DNA of 64,000 nt from the human T2T-CHM13v2.0 reference genome, Homo sapiens. This document shows, one piece after another, positions 42,653-55,598 of this stretch; positions within the stretch are counted from its first letter, which is position 1; each line of letters opens with the position of its first letter. The stretch lies in NCBI RefSeq assembly GCF_009914755.1, contig NC_060942.1; one strand, given 5' to 3'. Made by a program: the position numbers and the translations under genes. A model generated the notes under the pieces. The model had not been told where the DNA came from. It saw only the letters and a program-made list of their open reading frames with translations, and made no database searches.

Positions 42653-43683
42653 TCTCGTCGCCTCCCCGGGAACTCCCTGACTGGCTGGAGAGAAGCATGA
42701 GTTTGCAGTTCGGCTCCACTGCACGCATGGCTTTAGATCGGTCTGGAGTTGGTTAGGTTACGTTTCCAAATCTCCAGTTATAAAATTAGGCCTTTTTTCC
42801 TTGTGTAATTTCCAATCAGAAATTTGTTCAACGGGTTAGTATCTTGGGTCTATCTAGAAAATGGATTACTGGATGTCAAAACAATCTTACTTGCCATACT
42901 TTGTAACCTGAAATTTTTGTACTCAACATTTGCCAAAAGATTGAGGTGGCTGAGGTACAGGGGATGTGTTTCCAGACATAATTATATCTCTGGCTCCCAA
43001 GAGAAATATGACATACTCCTGTTATAAGGAACATACAATGAAGTAAAGTTGAATTAAAATGAGTAAGTCATGACAATTCTCTATTTTATTTTATGAGATT
43101 AGAGTAATTACTCCTGAAATAGGATCATAGCCTTTGACTTCATTGAACAAGACAGCAAAACAGGTTGCATGACTGGGGTGTCAGCAGCCAAATATATGGT
43201 CCTGATTGAGACATATGGGAATTTTTTTTTTTAAATGACACACGGAGCACTGCTTCTTATGGTGGTGCTGTTCCCCCAGCTGAACCCTGCCAGGTACCAG
43301 CCCCCCCATAGAACTTGCGACTCTCCCTTTGCATCATGAATGAACTAAGCTCACTCACAGTTGCTTGCTAAGAATCAAGAGAACTTGCTCGATCAACCCT
43401 TATTCCTCCATCTTCTCTCCTGCTGTCTGCAGTCTGCGATGCTCGCCTTCCTTTCTTCCCCAGCTCATTTGCCTCCCACCTGGACTTTCCTGTCTGCAGA
43501 GTGCCCTTGAACTTGAGCCCTTTCCAAGTCTGTTCTCATGAGTTATCTCCCTTTTGCAGCTTTGACATTCACTGGAGAACTTTTTCAATTGTGCCTCGCC
43601 TCCCAGCATTGAGGATCTGCCGTTCACTTTGGGGTGCTGACTTCAAGCAGGAAAGACTTCTTGACTCCTGCCAGCAAGCAGGC

Positions 43684-43715
43684 TGCCCCATGCCCCATGC
43701 CCCATGCCCCATGCC
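43684..43715. repeat. (TGCCCCA)4 heptamer tandem repeat
   Basis: Four exact units plus a partial one. Confidence 0.95.
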
Positions 43716-45364
43716 TCCTCACCTGTGAAGTGAGGAGGTCGGGCTTGATCACTGGTTTCCACTCCAGAGGGGTTCCCAGGAGCCTCTAAAGAGGTCTCTC
43801 AACCACCTCTTATGCTCTGTTTGGAGAAGTTTTACCTTTTCATCAGTTTTTCAAACTGTGATTGTAAGATATATTTCTTTTGGGAAAAAGACTGTGGCTT
43901 AAAAAGGTAAAGTTTAAAGAAAAGTTTTTAAAAAACAAAAGACAAGAAGATCTAATATCCCTGCCAAAGCTCTCAAACACTTCCGAATCTCCTCCTCTCC
44001 CAGCTCCTGCTCCCTGGCCTCTCCTTGGGTGGGAAGGCAATGAGTAAGTAATACTTTATAGACAGCATTCTGCACTGGGCTCCAGCCGTCAGTGCTTCTA
44101 ATGGGTCTTGGGCAGCTGTCCCGGGCCAGATAAGTCACATTAAAGCTGAGAACAAAACCAAAGGATTGGATTTCTTTTTAAATCAGGAGGGGAAAAAATG
44201 TACCACTTGAAGCTCCCAGTCGGTCTGGGTTCCTGGAAGCTGTTGACTTGAATTTAAAAGATGTCTTCAATAATCATGACCATCTTCATTTTTGAAACTT
44301 CTTGGGCAGGTTTCTTCTTTGTTTTGGTAGAGAGTTGTTCTAAATAACAGCACGAAATTTGCCTACTCTGGTGTCAGGCTAAGACATGAGGAGCGAAGGG
44401 AAACTAATATTTATCTAGCTCACTTCCAGTTTCAGGGGCTAGGTGTAGATTAACTGGGGGAATACTCAGGGCAAGCCGGAGTGTCCCCATGCTGTACATC
44501 ACTGACTTTAAGAACTTAGTCACATGCCCACAGTCACACAGCTGGTATGACGAGAAGCCAGGATTCAAACTAGGGCTGGCGGATGCTTGCATCTGCAAGG
44601 TTCTGCAGAACACATGGAGCCTGGAAAGGAAGGCTCCGTTTGGAAAATCCTTCTGGGGTCCAGAAGCCTCCATAAATAGGGCACCATATAATTTATCTTC
44701 TAAATGGGTACACTTGTTCAGGATCAATGCTAAAGCGTATGGGATGTGAGGACATCAGGCATAAAATGGTACCATCATGGGGAAACTGCAATAGACGTTC
44801 ATCCCCCTCATCAGGTAGGCTAGGCAAATTCCTACGATGCCAAGAAGCGAGGCTACTATCAGGAGAAATGGAAGCAGCAGCATCAGGGTATGAACTGGGT
44901 CTCGCTCTAAATCCCTCGTTCCTTCCTCCCCACTACATCATAATCCCTCCTAATGCGCTGTCTTCACAAGCCCAAGAACATACCCAATTCCCTGAAGTGT
45001 ATGCCAGCCAGGTCTCTGGTGAGCACAGGGGAGAAGCCTGGAGACAGTTCCAACATAAAACTTCATCATCACTGAGCCATCCCAGGGAAAAGGTCCAAAC
45101 CGCATTCTGGTTCTAAAACCCAACTGGAAGCTTTGTGCAATCGGCGAGAACTTCATGAATCAGACTTACTGACCTGGAGGTTAAAAGAAAGAGCGATCCC
45201 CTTCCTACTTTTTCAGATTCCTCTACTTCTCTCTGTCCTTTATTGAAGCTGAAAATTAGCATATTTGTTGGATCGTGGCTGACACTGATGGTCTGAAGTA
45301 ACCAGAAAGCTCCCACGGATAAGTTGTTCTCAGCCTTGGGAAAGGAAGCTGGATTCATCCCACC

Positions 45365-45890
45365 ACTTTATTTTCTGTGTTTCTGATGCTTTGACATCTT
45401 GTGCCTTACTGGCCCTGGAGAGACTTTACTCCTCTCAGGGCTGCCATATTCCTAGAGAGAGTAAATGATCACCTTCCAGAGAGCCTTTCATATATATGCA
45501 AACCAACCATTCCAGAGCCACACCCCTAATACCCCCTCTGTGGTCTCTCATACTGGGGCCACTGTCCACCTGCCCTAATCACCCCAGTGCAGGTACCAGA
45601 CACTAGGGCCAGCCCTATGTCCCAGAGACTGCTGGAAAATGTCAAATTAGCCAATCCTAGGACTGTTTATCCTCCCTCACCTATTCCTTCCCGAATAAAC
45701 CATAATATTCTTGCCTGCATTTTCCCCTCACTTCCTCTGCCTCCCAACTGGCCCTGCTGCTTCTTAGATGGCCCCTGGTGGCCTGGTGCCCCCTCTTGGC
45801 AGCTGCAAGTAACAAACTAGCTTTTCAATGGCAACTATCTCCTGATCTGTTGACCTTACGATACCTCATACTAATAAAACCTACATTTTG
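45365..45890 (+). mobile_element. MER74-type (ERVL) solo LTR
   Basis: ttctgatgctttgacatct...ttcctagag...atgcaaaccaacc; family name from recall. Confidence 0.7.
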
Positions 45891-46701
45891 AAATAGAAGC
45901 CATCCCCTCCAAAAGTCATGAGCTCTCTTTTCCTCCCCCTTACAGATGGTCTTAGTATGTAGGAAGAGCAGGAGTGGGCAAAGGCGATGGTGGTTCCAAC
46001 ACAGAATTGCATCTTCACCAAGAACAACAAATGGCTGGCTTTCTCCTCAGTGGCAGTCAAGTAAAGAAGTGGGAAGGGGCAGCTTGTTAAAAAGATGCCC
46101 CAGTAAAATGTGATCATAGCATCATCTGTGTGTGCCTCACACTAAGCAAAGCACCACTCTATATTAAAAAAATAAAGCCATCATCAAAAACAGGTAACTA
46201 ATCACAGCTCTGCCAGAGACATTGCCTCCTATGATTATCATCATGGGGGTCTGTGAGCTGCCTAAAATACTTTTTGGAGAAAAATTAATTTAAAATATAC
46301 AAATTGAATTCACTGCATTCAATTGCAAAAAAAAATTTTTTTCAAAGAAGCTTTTAATAGTGAAGATATTAAATGTAAAAGAACGGAATATTCCCAGTTA
46401 AAAGGCATCCAAGTAATGCCAGCATTTTCTCCCCGTGGTACTCCTATTGGTTATTAATCTTGAAATGTGTTTGCAAGAGTTCTCATTTGTTTCAAAGTTA
46501 AGAAACAAATGTGCTCCCCTGTGAGAACAAAGTCCATAAATATTTTATGTAAGTGAGAGAAATGAATTCATTCCAAGAACATTCGTCATCCACAGTTAGG
46601 ACAAGAAATTCACTTTGCCCACCTCAGCCTGACAGTGTCTGCCTGGAAGGTGTCTGTAAGCCCAGTGTTAATTGATGCACACTCCATTTTTTCCTACTCA
46701 C

Positions 46702-46750
46702 CCTTTAGCCAGCGTTGCTATGCCAACGTCAGTTAGCTTCATTCCTACAC
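46702..46750 (-). CDS. ALPK2: ALPK2 penultimate exon (49 nt): (G)VGMKLTDVGIATLAK(G)
   Basis: Acceptor ttctcttcctgtag|GT, donor AAAGG|gtgagt; joins the flanking exons in frame; contains the LTD metal-binding Asp motif of alpha-kinases. Confidence 0.95.
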
Positions 46751-47216
46751 CTACAGGAAGAGAAAGCAAAGATGGGAGTTTGTGTTACTCAGGGCCCCTC
46801 AGGAAGTTGGGCCATCTAGCCCCAGGGAAGGGGTAATGACAGCTCATCCTCCTTCTCCTTCCTGCATAAACACTCGAGGCCTCTTTCATATACGCATCCA
46901 GCTTTAGGCAGGGACCATGGGGAAGGTGGCAGTTAGGGGGAATCAAGTCTCATGTGAGCAGACAACCCAAGCCCTCTCGGCTCTGGAAATGAAGTCCTCT
47001 GCCTGCCTGGCCCACCCACCCCATGACAAGGAGGGAGCTGGCCACTCTGTGAGAAAATCTGAGGCCTGATGCTTGTCCCGTAAGCAATCTCCCCAGAAAT
47101 ACGGTGACTTTGGCTTAGGTCTGGCTCCCCGTTCTTCAATGAAAGTGGAAACCCTTACATGATGGAAAGAAAAGTAGGCACGGCCTGGGATAGTCAATGC
47201 CAATAGCAAGAGGGTT

Positions 47217-47579
47217 TGATATGGTTTGGCCATGTCCCCACCCAAATCTCATCTTGAATGTAGCTCCCATAATTCCCATGTGTGGTGAGAGGGACCCAGT
47301 GGGAGATAATTGAATCATGGGGGCAGTTTCCCCCATACTGTTCTCATGGTAGTGAATAAGTCTCAGGAGATTTGATGATTTCATAAGGGGCTTCTCCTTT
47401 TCCCTTGGCTCTCATTCTGTCTGTGGCCTGCTGCCATGTAAGACGTGCCTTCCGCCTTCCACCATGATTGTGAGGCCTCCCCAGCCACATGGGACTATGA
47501 GTCCATTAGCCTCTTTTTCTTTGTAAATTACCCAGTCTTGGGTATGTCTTTATCGGCAGTGTGAAAATGGACTAACACA
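47217..47579 (+). mobile_element. THE1-type MaLR solo LTR
   Basis: tgatatggtttggc ... ggactaacaca; flanks gggtt/gggct. Confidence 0.92.
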
Positions 47580-49294
47580 GGGCTCAAGGGGCATGTGTTT
47601 AGTTCAAAGCCAAACTTCAGACATATGATTTCTCATTTCCATAAAGATCGTTTTTCAATTCAGGACTGAAGGTTTTCTGGGTGGTCAGTGTTAGACCCCG
47701 GGAAACAATCCTGAGTTCTATGTAGACACTGAACCAATGGCCTGGCGAAGCAGACATTTGGAACACGTGGTCCTTGGACTCATCCTAACTGCTACCCACT
47801 AAACCATGGTGGGGATAGGTGGGGGATATCAAAACCAAAACAGTAGAACAGCTACCTGAGCTTCCCACTCTGGTTCAGCAAAAAGCAATAGGCACCCATT
47901 GCAAGCATATGGAACCCTTTTTTGCATGTGCCTTTCCAGCAGGAGGGGTAGGGAGGGTAGCTAGGGAGCCAGGGAGGCAAAGGGAATAGACTATCCCACT
48001 GTTTTCCACTGTGAGGGAGGATAAGAGCTGCCATCCCCTTCTGTAGTGGAAAGAGCCACCCTCTCTCACTCTACCCCCAGTCTCAGCCTGCATCCTGAAC
48101 CTCTCTCAGGTCTAGTGGAAAGTAAAGCACTTCCCTGATGCCCAGAGTGTGGATTCCCTCTTGACCTTTCCAGAATCTGCATGCCCTGACCACGCACCAA
48201 TTCCATTCCTGTCTCCTTAGGGTGAGGGTTATGGGCACTTGCTCCAACGCAGTGGACCTCTGCCAGGACCTTACCCGTGCAATCTAGTGATGACATTTTA
48301 TCCCATGGCCCATAGTGCCACCCCACCAGTGTGTCTGCACCTGCTAGATGCCTGGGTCCTGCCTCCTGTGCTCTTGCCCCTGCCTCTTGGGCTCCATGGG
48401 CCGGGCTGTGAGCACTGGCATTCCCCACCTCCAGCACGTGACTTGCCCATGGAGGGCCCTGGCAGCCTAGAAACCAGTTTGGGCTGTGGAAAGAAAAAAA
48501 CTCAGCATCCCCCTAAAGCCAGCCATGAGGATCAGATCTGCTGGCCACCTACTTCCGTGGTTCCCCACCCAAGTGGAGTGCTGTTTCTGAGGCCCAGGAA
48601 AAGACAGCTAAAGGATTAATGCTCGGATTCAGCGTTATCTGCTGGGAGCATGGCAAAAACAAAGGACGTGTTGGGATTCAGGCTGGTTAGGCAGACAGAA
48701 GCCATGAGGCCTGCTTTTCTGCAGTGCACCTGTGAGCTAAATTAGACATGGCACTTTGGGAGAACCAGTGACCATTTTAAAAGTCTCTTTCGCAGTTGGT
48801 AACTAATTCATCTCATTCTTTCAAAGCCGCTAATAACTCAAACATATGTAGAAATGCTTCACATAGCTTTTATTGCAGGGACTATGCTTTGAAAAAAAAA
48901 AAAAACCCCACCAAATTGCAAACGCTGTCTCTGGACATCTTGTTTCATGGAAAATTGTATTTTAAAATTACAGCTCTAAGCCGTATGGAAGTCCAATTTG
49001 AAAAAGTCATTTGGCAAAAGGTCCTTGAACTTGGAGAATTGCTTTCCCTTGTTTCCCACAATTACCAGCTGTCACTTACAGTTTAGAAAGACAGAATATA
49101 ATTTTTAAAAGAAAACTTCCCCCTGTCAGTTTAATGATTTGCCAGCAATTATGTCAAGGTTACTAGGAATCTCTAGAGTCTAAAGTTAAATCCTAGTGTG
49201 CAGCTATCAAGCTGAGTTGGAGATAACAGTAATCTACAGGTTGTTTCTAACAGAAGAAAGGAAATGAACAGCATTAGAAGTTCATTCTCCACTT

Positions 49295-49443
49295 GGCTGG
49301 GCACAGTGGCTCATGCCTGTAATCCCGGCACTTTGGGAGGCCCAGGCAGGTGGATCGCTTGAGGTCAGGAGTTCAGACCAGCCTGGCCAACATGGTGAAA
49401 CCCCGTCTCTACTAAAAAATACAAAAAAATTAAAAAAAAAAAA
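49295..49443 (+). mobile_element. Alu left arm only (AluS-like) with A tail
   Basis: TSD aagttcattctcca / aagctcattctcca. Confidence 0.9.
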
Positions 49444-50269
49444 AAGCTCATTCTCCAGAATTCAAGGTCTTGAGTTTTTTGGGTGACAGCTTGTTAGAAG
49501 GCGTGGTAGTCTCACCAGCATGCAGGTCTCAGGTCCAAATCACAGGCTCATCTTTTACCCCACAAACCTGCAGGACCTGGCATAATCTTCTAAATGAGCA
49601 AATGCAGCCAGGAAGAATTAACTTTTAAAAGTCCAAAAAGGTGGTGATAGAATTTGAGTTTAATTCTAATTCCAGTGTCTCTGTAAAATTATAAAAAGTG
49701 GAGTTTCCTTAGAGAATAGATGCGCTATCTCATGCCACAATGACAATGACAGTAAAAATATTTTTTGTCCATCAACAGAGAGTAAATAAACACCATTACT
49801 TAATGCCACACCACCACGTTAAACCACACACGTCATTTACAGAGAGATGTGATATTCCATTACTGTTGTTTACTAGTACCTGGAAGTGAAACTAACTGTG
49901 CACGAAGCCCTGGGTGCTGCTTTTCAGCATGAGAGCTGAATTTAATACAAAATTAATTCCCAAGGAGAAAAGATGGGGGACAGCAGCAATTGCACAGCCA
50001 GAGTCTAAATAGAACAAACAGCTGTCTGTTAAGACCATATGTTTTGTGTGTGTGTGGCAGCAAAGTCTCTTCAAAGAGTGAAGTCTGACTTAAATTTGCA
50101 GATTGGCTTCATCTGCAAGGCGGTAATGTTGCATTTCCCAGCTGGCTTGCAAGGAGTCCTTCCAAGGGCTTAGGAGGAAGAACCGTACACATACCAGAGC
50201 CCTCTAACATCAGGAGAGACTTGGAAAGGTCTGGAAGTAAATATCTTGCAAATTTGCTAAATTGTTATT

Positions 50270-50460
50270 TGTGGAAAGAACTTGGAATTCAGAGTCAGAA
50301 AATGCGGGTTGGAGTCTTGGACCCCTCTACTTACTAGCTGAGTGACAGCAGACAGAGACAATCACGGTCTCCAGGCCTCAGTTTTCTCTTCTGTAAAATG
50401 GGGATCATAATATCTATCTTCTCTGCAGGGTTATTATGAAGATTAAGTAAAAATAATAGA
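50270..50460 (+). mobile_element. MIR
   Basis: gcctcagttttctcttctgtaaaatggggatcataata core. Confidence 0.8.
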
Positions 50461-50464
50461 AAAA

Positions 50465-51215
<751 letters not shown>

Positions 51216-51322
51216 TGTAATAGCTAGAGCTTGAGATCCTCATCTGGGACAATATCTGACATTTGGTAGGCAGAAAATAATATAGTTCAGATTTTCTTAA
51301 CAGCAAACAGAAATAGGAAACC

Positions 51323-51781
51323 CCTTGCAGCAGAAGCTGCTGGTGCCTTACCTATTGCCCACACCCCAACCACTTCTGTGCACCTGGCTCCACCTCTTAG
51401 TGCCACACCAGCATTTCTCTGCTTAAGAACTTTCTCTGATCATGTTTTTTATCCGGCTTAGCTTGCCCATGTGGGCAGGTGACAAGTGCAAGGGAGGTAA
51501 TGCCCCCACCCAGAGCAGCCGCCAGCTGGTGATCCTGGTAGTTGGTGTATACACACTCCGGCTCCCTCACTGAGAAGTGTGCTTTGCAGGGCTCCCTGCA
51601 GATGTCAGCTCCAGCGCCCACGGCAGTCACTGGCTAATAATATACTCTACCAGTCGCCTTTCCTTCCCCAGTTGCACTTCCCTACTCCTCTACTGGCGTT
51701 TCCTGGGATCCCCTCTCAAATAAGCCATTTGTATGTGAGTACCTGTCTCAGGTCTGTCTTAGGGGAACCCTAACGATGACA
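51323..51781 (+). mobile_element. LTR16-like (ERVL) LTR
   Basis: 3' end tttcctgggatccc...aaataagcc...tgtctcaggtctg...ggggaaccctaac. Confidence 0.6.
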
Positions 51782-52061
51782 TCTCCATTCCATAGAAGAA
51801 ATGGTATTCCTAAACAATTGTGTATACATTGAAAACATGCTATACATTCAGCAGAGAAGCTTAAAATCTAAAGCATTCTAAAGACTCTTTTGCCTATAGA
51901 GAATGAAGTACTACATCTTAATTTACCTTATGGTAGATCTGGATTTGAGAATATATTGCTGAGTTTAGGCCTATTGAGGATAGAACAGTAAAGCCAATCT
52001 CTGGTTACCTGTTGTAATGGGAAGGCATTATTGGCATGAATTATTAAAACGAAATGACCTC

Positions 52062-52375
52062 TAGACACAGTGGCTGACGCCTGTAATCCCAACACTTTTG
52101 GAGGCCAGTGTGGGAGGATCGCTAGAGCCCAGTAGTTCGAGACCAGCCTGGGAAACCGTCCAGGACGCTGTCTCTACAAAAAAAAAAATTTTTTTTAATT
52201 AGCCAGGTGTGGTAGAATGCATGTGCAGTCTCAGCTACTCTGGAGGCTGAGGTGGGAGGAATACTTGAGCCCAGGAGTTCAAGGCTGCAGTAAGCTATGA
52301 TCGTGCCACTGTACTCCAGCCTGGGTGACAGAGTGAGACCCTGTCCCCCCCTAGAATTTTTTTAAATAAAAATAA
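52062..52375 (+). mobile_element. Alu (AluJ-like)
   Basis: Dimeric Alu about 200 bp from an ALPK2 donor. Confidence 0.92.
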
Positions 52376-52579
52376 AATGAAATGGCCCTCTGGCTGGTTA
52401 TTTCAGGCTCCTTTATCAAATCTTGTTTCTGAGGAGGCATCAGTAACAGCTTCTGCAGGTAAAGGTGTTTCAAGGTACCCAGCAGGCCTATCCTTCCTCT
52501 CCCTCCCCTCCCTCTCCACCCACAGGAACATCTCTGGCCCACAGCATCCCTGGAGCCTGGGCTAAGCTGCTTTCCTCAC

Positions 52580-52797
52580 CTTGCATGTCCGTCACCAGGA
52601 GGCAGCCACTTGTTTTCTGGTACACCCAGTGCTGGAAGGTGCAACATTTCTGACCAGCTTCTGATTCTCTTCTCAAGAAGTTTATTTCTTTCCCATCCCT
52701 GATGGAATACTTCACAAATTCTCCAATCAGCTCCTCCTCCACTGTAGCATACGGGATATTGTTCTCAGGCCGATGGATAAGAAAAATAGGAATGATC
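52580..52797 (-). CDS. ALPK2: ALPK2 internal coding exon (218 nt): [31 protein letters not shown]...[19 protein letters not shown](G)
   Basis: Core of ORF 52488..52907; acceptor gtgttctcttccctgccag|G, donor CAAG|gtgagg; alpha-kinase motifs GEFVKY, FQHW, VTDMQG; phase 2 in, phase 1 out, consistent with neighbouring exons. Confidence 0.97.
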
Positions 52798-53084
52798 CTG
52801 GCAGGGAAGAGAACACAGGCGCACATCAAGGTCTCTACTGGGAAGAGAGGCTCCTGCGGCATTCTACTCTCTCCTGGAGCAGCACGGAGCATAGAATTTG
52901 TCCCCAATTCTGCTAGGTTTAGACTACAAATCCATCCAATGACTTTTTAGTGGGTAAGATATGTTTCTGTGTTTTATTTGTTGTTATAAATTCCTCCTTG
53001 GGAGGGGGTTTAATTGCTCATGTAGAAATGAATGTCTTCATTGTAGTCATATCTTAATGACCCATCAATCAATGACTATAATCT

Positions 53085-53900
53085 GTATATCCATTCATCC
53101 ATTCATCTACTCACCCACCCATCCATTTGTCCATCCATTCATCCTTCCTTCCTTCCATCTATCCTTCCTTCCTTTCATCCATCCATCCATTGATCCTTCT
53201 TTCCTCTCATTCAGTCAACCAATATTTATTCAGTGGCCTGTATGTGTCAGATACTCTTCCAGATGCTATTCCTCAAAACAGCAATAAAGAAAACGGAGGC
53301 TGTGTTGTCAGGGCTCTCACCTTTAAATGAGGGAGACTGACAATAAACAAGTAAATGCATGGTGCTAAGCTCTAGGTGGGAAGACTCAGCAGTGAAGAGG
53401 AGACGGGCATGCGGTGGAGTGGGGCAGCTGTCTTATGTAGGGAGGTCAGAGCAGCCCTTGTTCATGGATAAAGAGCATTTGAGCAGAGGCCTATAGGAAG
53501 TGAGGGGAGCCATGAGGACATCGACGGTAGAGCATTCCAGGTCGAAGGCACCCCAAGGAGAAATGCTCAGGGCAGGAGCAGCACTCCTGGCGTGCAGCGG
53601 GAGTGCAGGGAGCCAGGGAGATTGGCAGAGGTTGGGGGAGGCAGAGGGGACAGGAAGTCAGGCCTTGGGGGACCTGGGAGACCATTTGGAAAACTTTCCT
53701 CTTTGTACTGAGTTGGATGAGAAGCCATTGGAGGATTTGGGGCAAGTGGGGAAGGGACAGGAGGAGATTTCTGCATGACAAAGATCACTGCCTCTCTGTG
53801 GAGAATAGGCCAGGGGCAGGGCAGGGAGACTGGGGCCAGGTAATGATGTCCAGGGAGCTGGAGCGGTGATCAGATATGGGATGGAGTTTCCAGCATTATC
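53085..53900 (-). mobile_element. L2 3' fragment with (TCCA/TTCC)n tail
   Basis: caaccaatatttattcagtggcctgtatgtgtcagatact; gagaagccattggaggattt. Confidence 0.75.
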
Positions 53901-54389
53901 CATTTGCTGCCACATCATCCTACATGATGATTTCCTACCTACCTCTCTCTCTTCAAAGCACCTACACCTCCTCCCCCAACCGCACCCTCAGCTTCCTGTT
54001 TCAGTGTGCAGACTGAAGGTTTAGGAGAACCTCTAAGTGCTGCCACAAGCACATCCATACTCTCACCTCCCGGTCTGTGCCCACACACTGCGCCCTCTTC
54101 CTACTACGATGAGCCATCCCTGCTCCATCCTGAACCACCTCCTCTACAGGTGCCCTGGTCCCCGCCCCTCTCAAGTCCTCCAGGTATTGCTCCAGCAGTT
54201 TTTCCTCTCTCTCCTCCATCAATATTCCCTCTACAGAATCATTCCCAAGAGCCTAGCAGCATTCCATGATAGCTACACAGCATGGCAACCCCACAGCCCA
54301 CCCCAACTACTGACTCACATTCGACATCGAAACGCAAATCCGCTGTAGACTCGCTGTCTCCAGTACCTCCCCTCCCATTCTCTCTTAAG

Positions 54390-54805
54390 CATCTGAAAGA
54401 GGCTTTCCCTCGAAAGAAGCCTCTATCAAGGGCAGCACGACCATCATGCTGTTAAGTCCAGTGTTCTCTTCTCGGCCCCCACCCCCTTTGCTCTCAGCAG
54501 CTCTGGGCACAGTGGATCTCTCACTTCTTTCTGATACGGCTTTCCCTGGCTTCCTCAAGGCTTTTCTCTGCTTCACTGGCTACCTCTTCTCTGTCTCTTT
54601 TGTGAGTTTCTCATCCTCTCCCCTTTAGACTCTGGAGGGCTCTGGAACAGCTCTTCTCTCTCTGCCCACAATCCCTAGCGACTTCCTTGCTTTAAATACC
54701 GTTCAGATGCCGATGACTTCCACATTTATGTCCCCAGTCCAGCCCTGTCCCTGAGTTCCCTGCCCACCATCTCCACGTGATGTCTCATGGGCATCTCAAA
54801 TTTAA
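54390..54805 (+). mobile_element. L2 fragment
   Basis: gctttaaatacc...gccgatgacttccacattta; catctccacgtgatgtctcatgggcatctcaaa. Confidence 0.65.
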
Positions 54806-54809
54806 CTCT

Positions 54810-55045
54810 GCATTGGGCACACATGGCCATAAAGATGGCAACAGTAAACACCGGGGATTCCAAAAGAGGGGAGGGAGGGAGGAGGGTAAGGTTGAAAAAC
54901 TACCTATTGGGTGCCATGTTCACTATTTGGGTGATGGGTTTAGTTAAAGCCCAAACCTCAGCATCACACAATACAGCCACGTAACACACCTGCACATGGA
55001 CCCCATGAATCTAAAAAAAAAAAAGGAAAAATAAAAATAAAAACC
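54810..55045 (+). mobile_element. L1PB/L1PA16-type 3' end with A tail
   Basis: ggttgaaaaactacctattgggt...aacctcagcatcacacaat...cctgcacatg. Confidence 0.85.
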
Positions 55046-55403
55046 AACCACAATAAAAACATTTAAATGATATTTAAAATTTTACCATGGCAGAAACTGA
55101 AGAGCTCATTTGCCCCCACCCCCCACATCTGCCTCCTCTCAGTGACTGGCAGCTTGTGAAAACTGAAACAATCAATTCATTCAATGAACATCCACTGAAT
55201 AGCTGTGTCAGAATCCTGAAGACTCACCAGGAGGGCAGAGGTGACTAAGACACAGTCCCTGCCTTCCAGGGTCAGCCGTTGGGGAAGGTGCATGGAGAAG
55301 CAAAGCCCAGCACATAGTAAATGCTCCTGGCTCAAAATAAGTGTTTGGCAAAATATGAATGAATGAATGAATGAATATATATGTATGTATAATATTTATA
55401 TAT

Positions 55404-55598
55404 GTTTCTCAATTTCAGCACTGTTGACATCTGGACAGACAGTTCTCTGTGGGGGTGGCAGGGGGCCGTCCTGTGCACGTAGCCTGTTTAGCCGCCTCCC
55501 TGGCTTCTACTTCCCAGATGCCAGTAGTCCTTCCCGAATCCTGATCATCAAAAGTGTCTCCATAACCACCACTGTCCCCTGGGGGTTGTGAACCACTG
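55404..55598. mobile_element. MER20 DNA transposon
   Basis: tttctcaa...gcactgttgacat...gtcctgtgcac...ccagatgccagtag...gaaccactg. Confidence 0.8.

Noticed and set aside
52798-52907. N-terminal extensions of ORF-track calls 52488..52907 and 30476..30718
   Set aside because: Intronic read-through beyond clear splice sites; not part of ALPK2.
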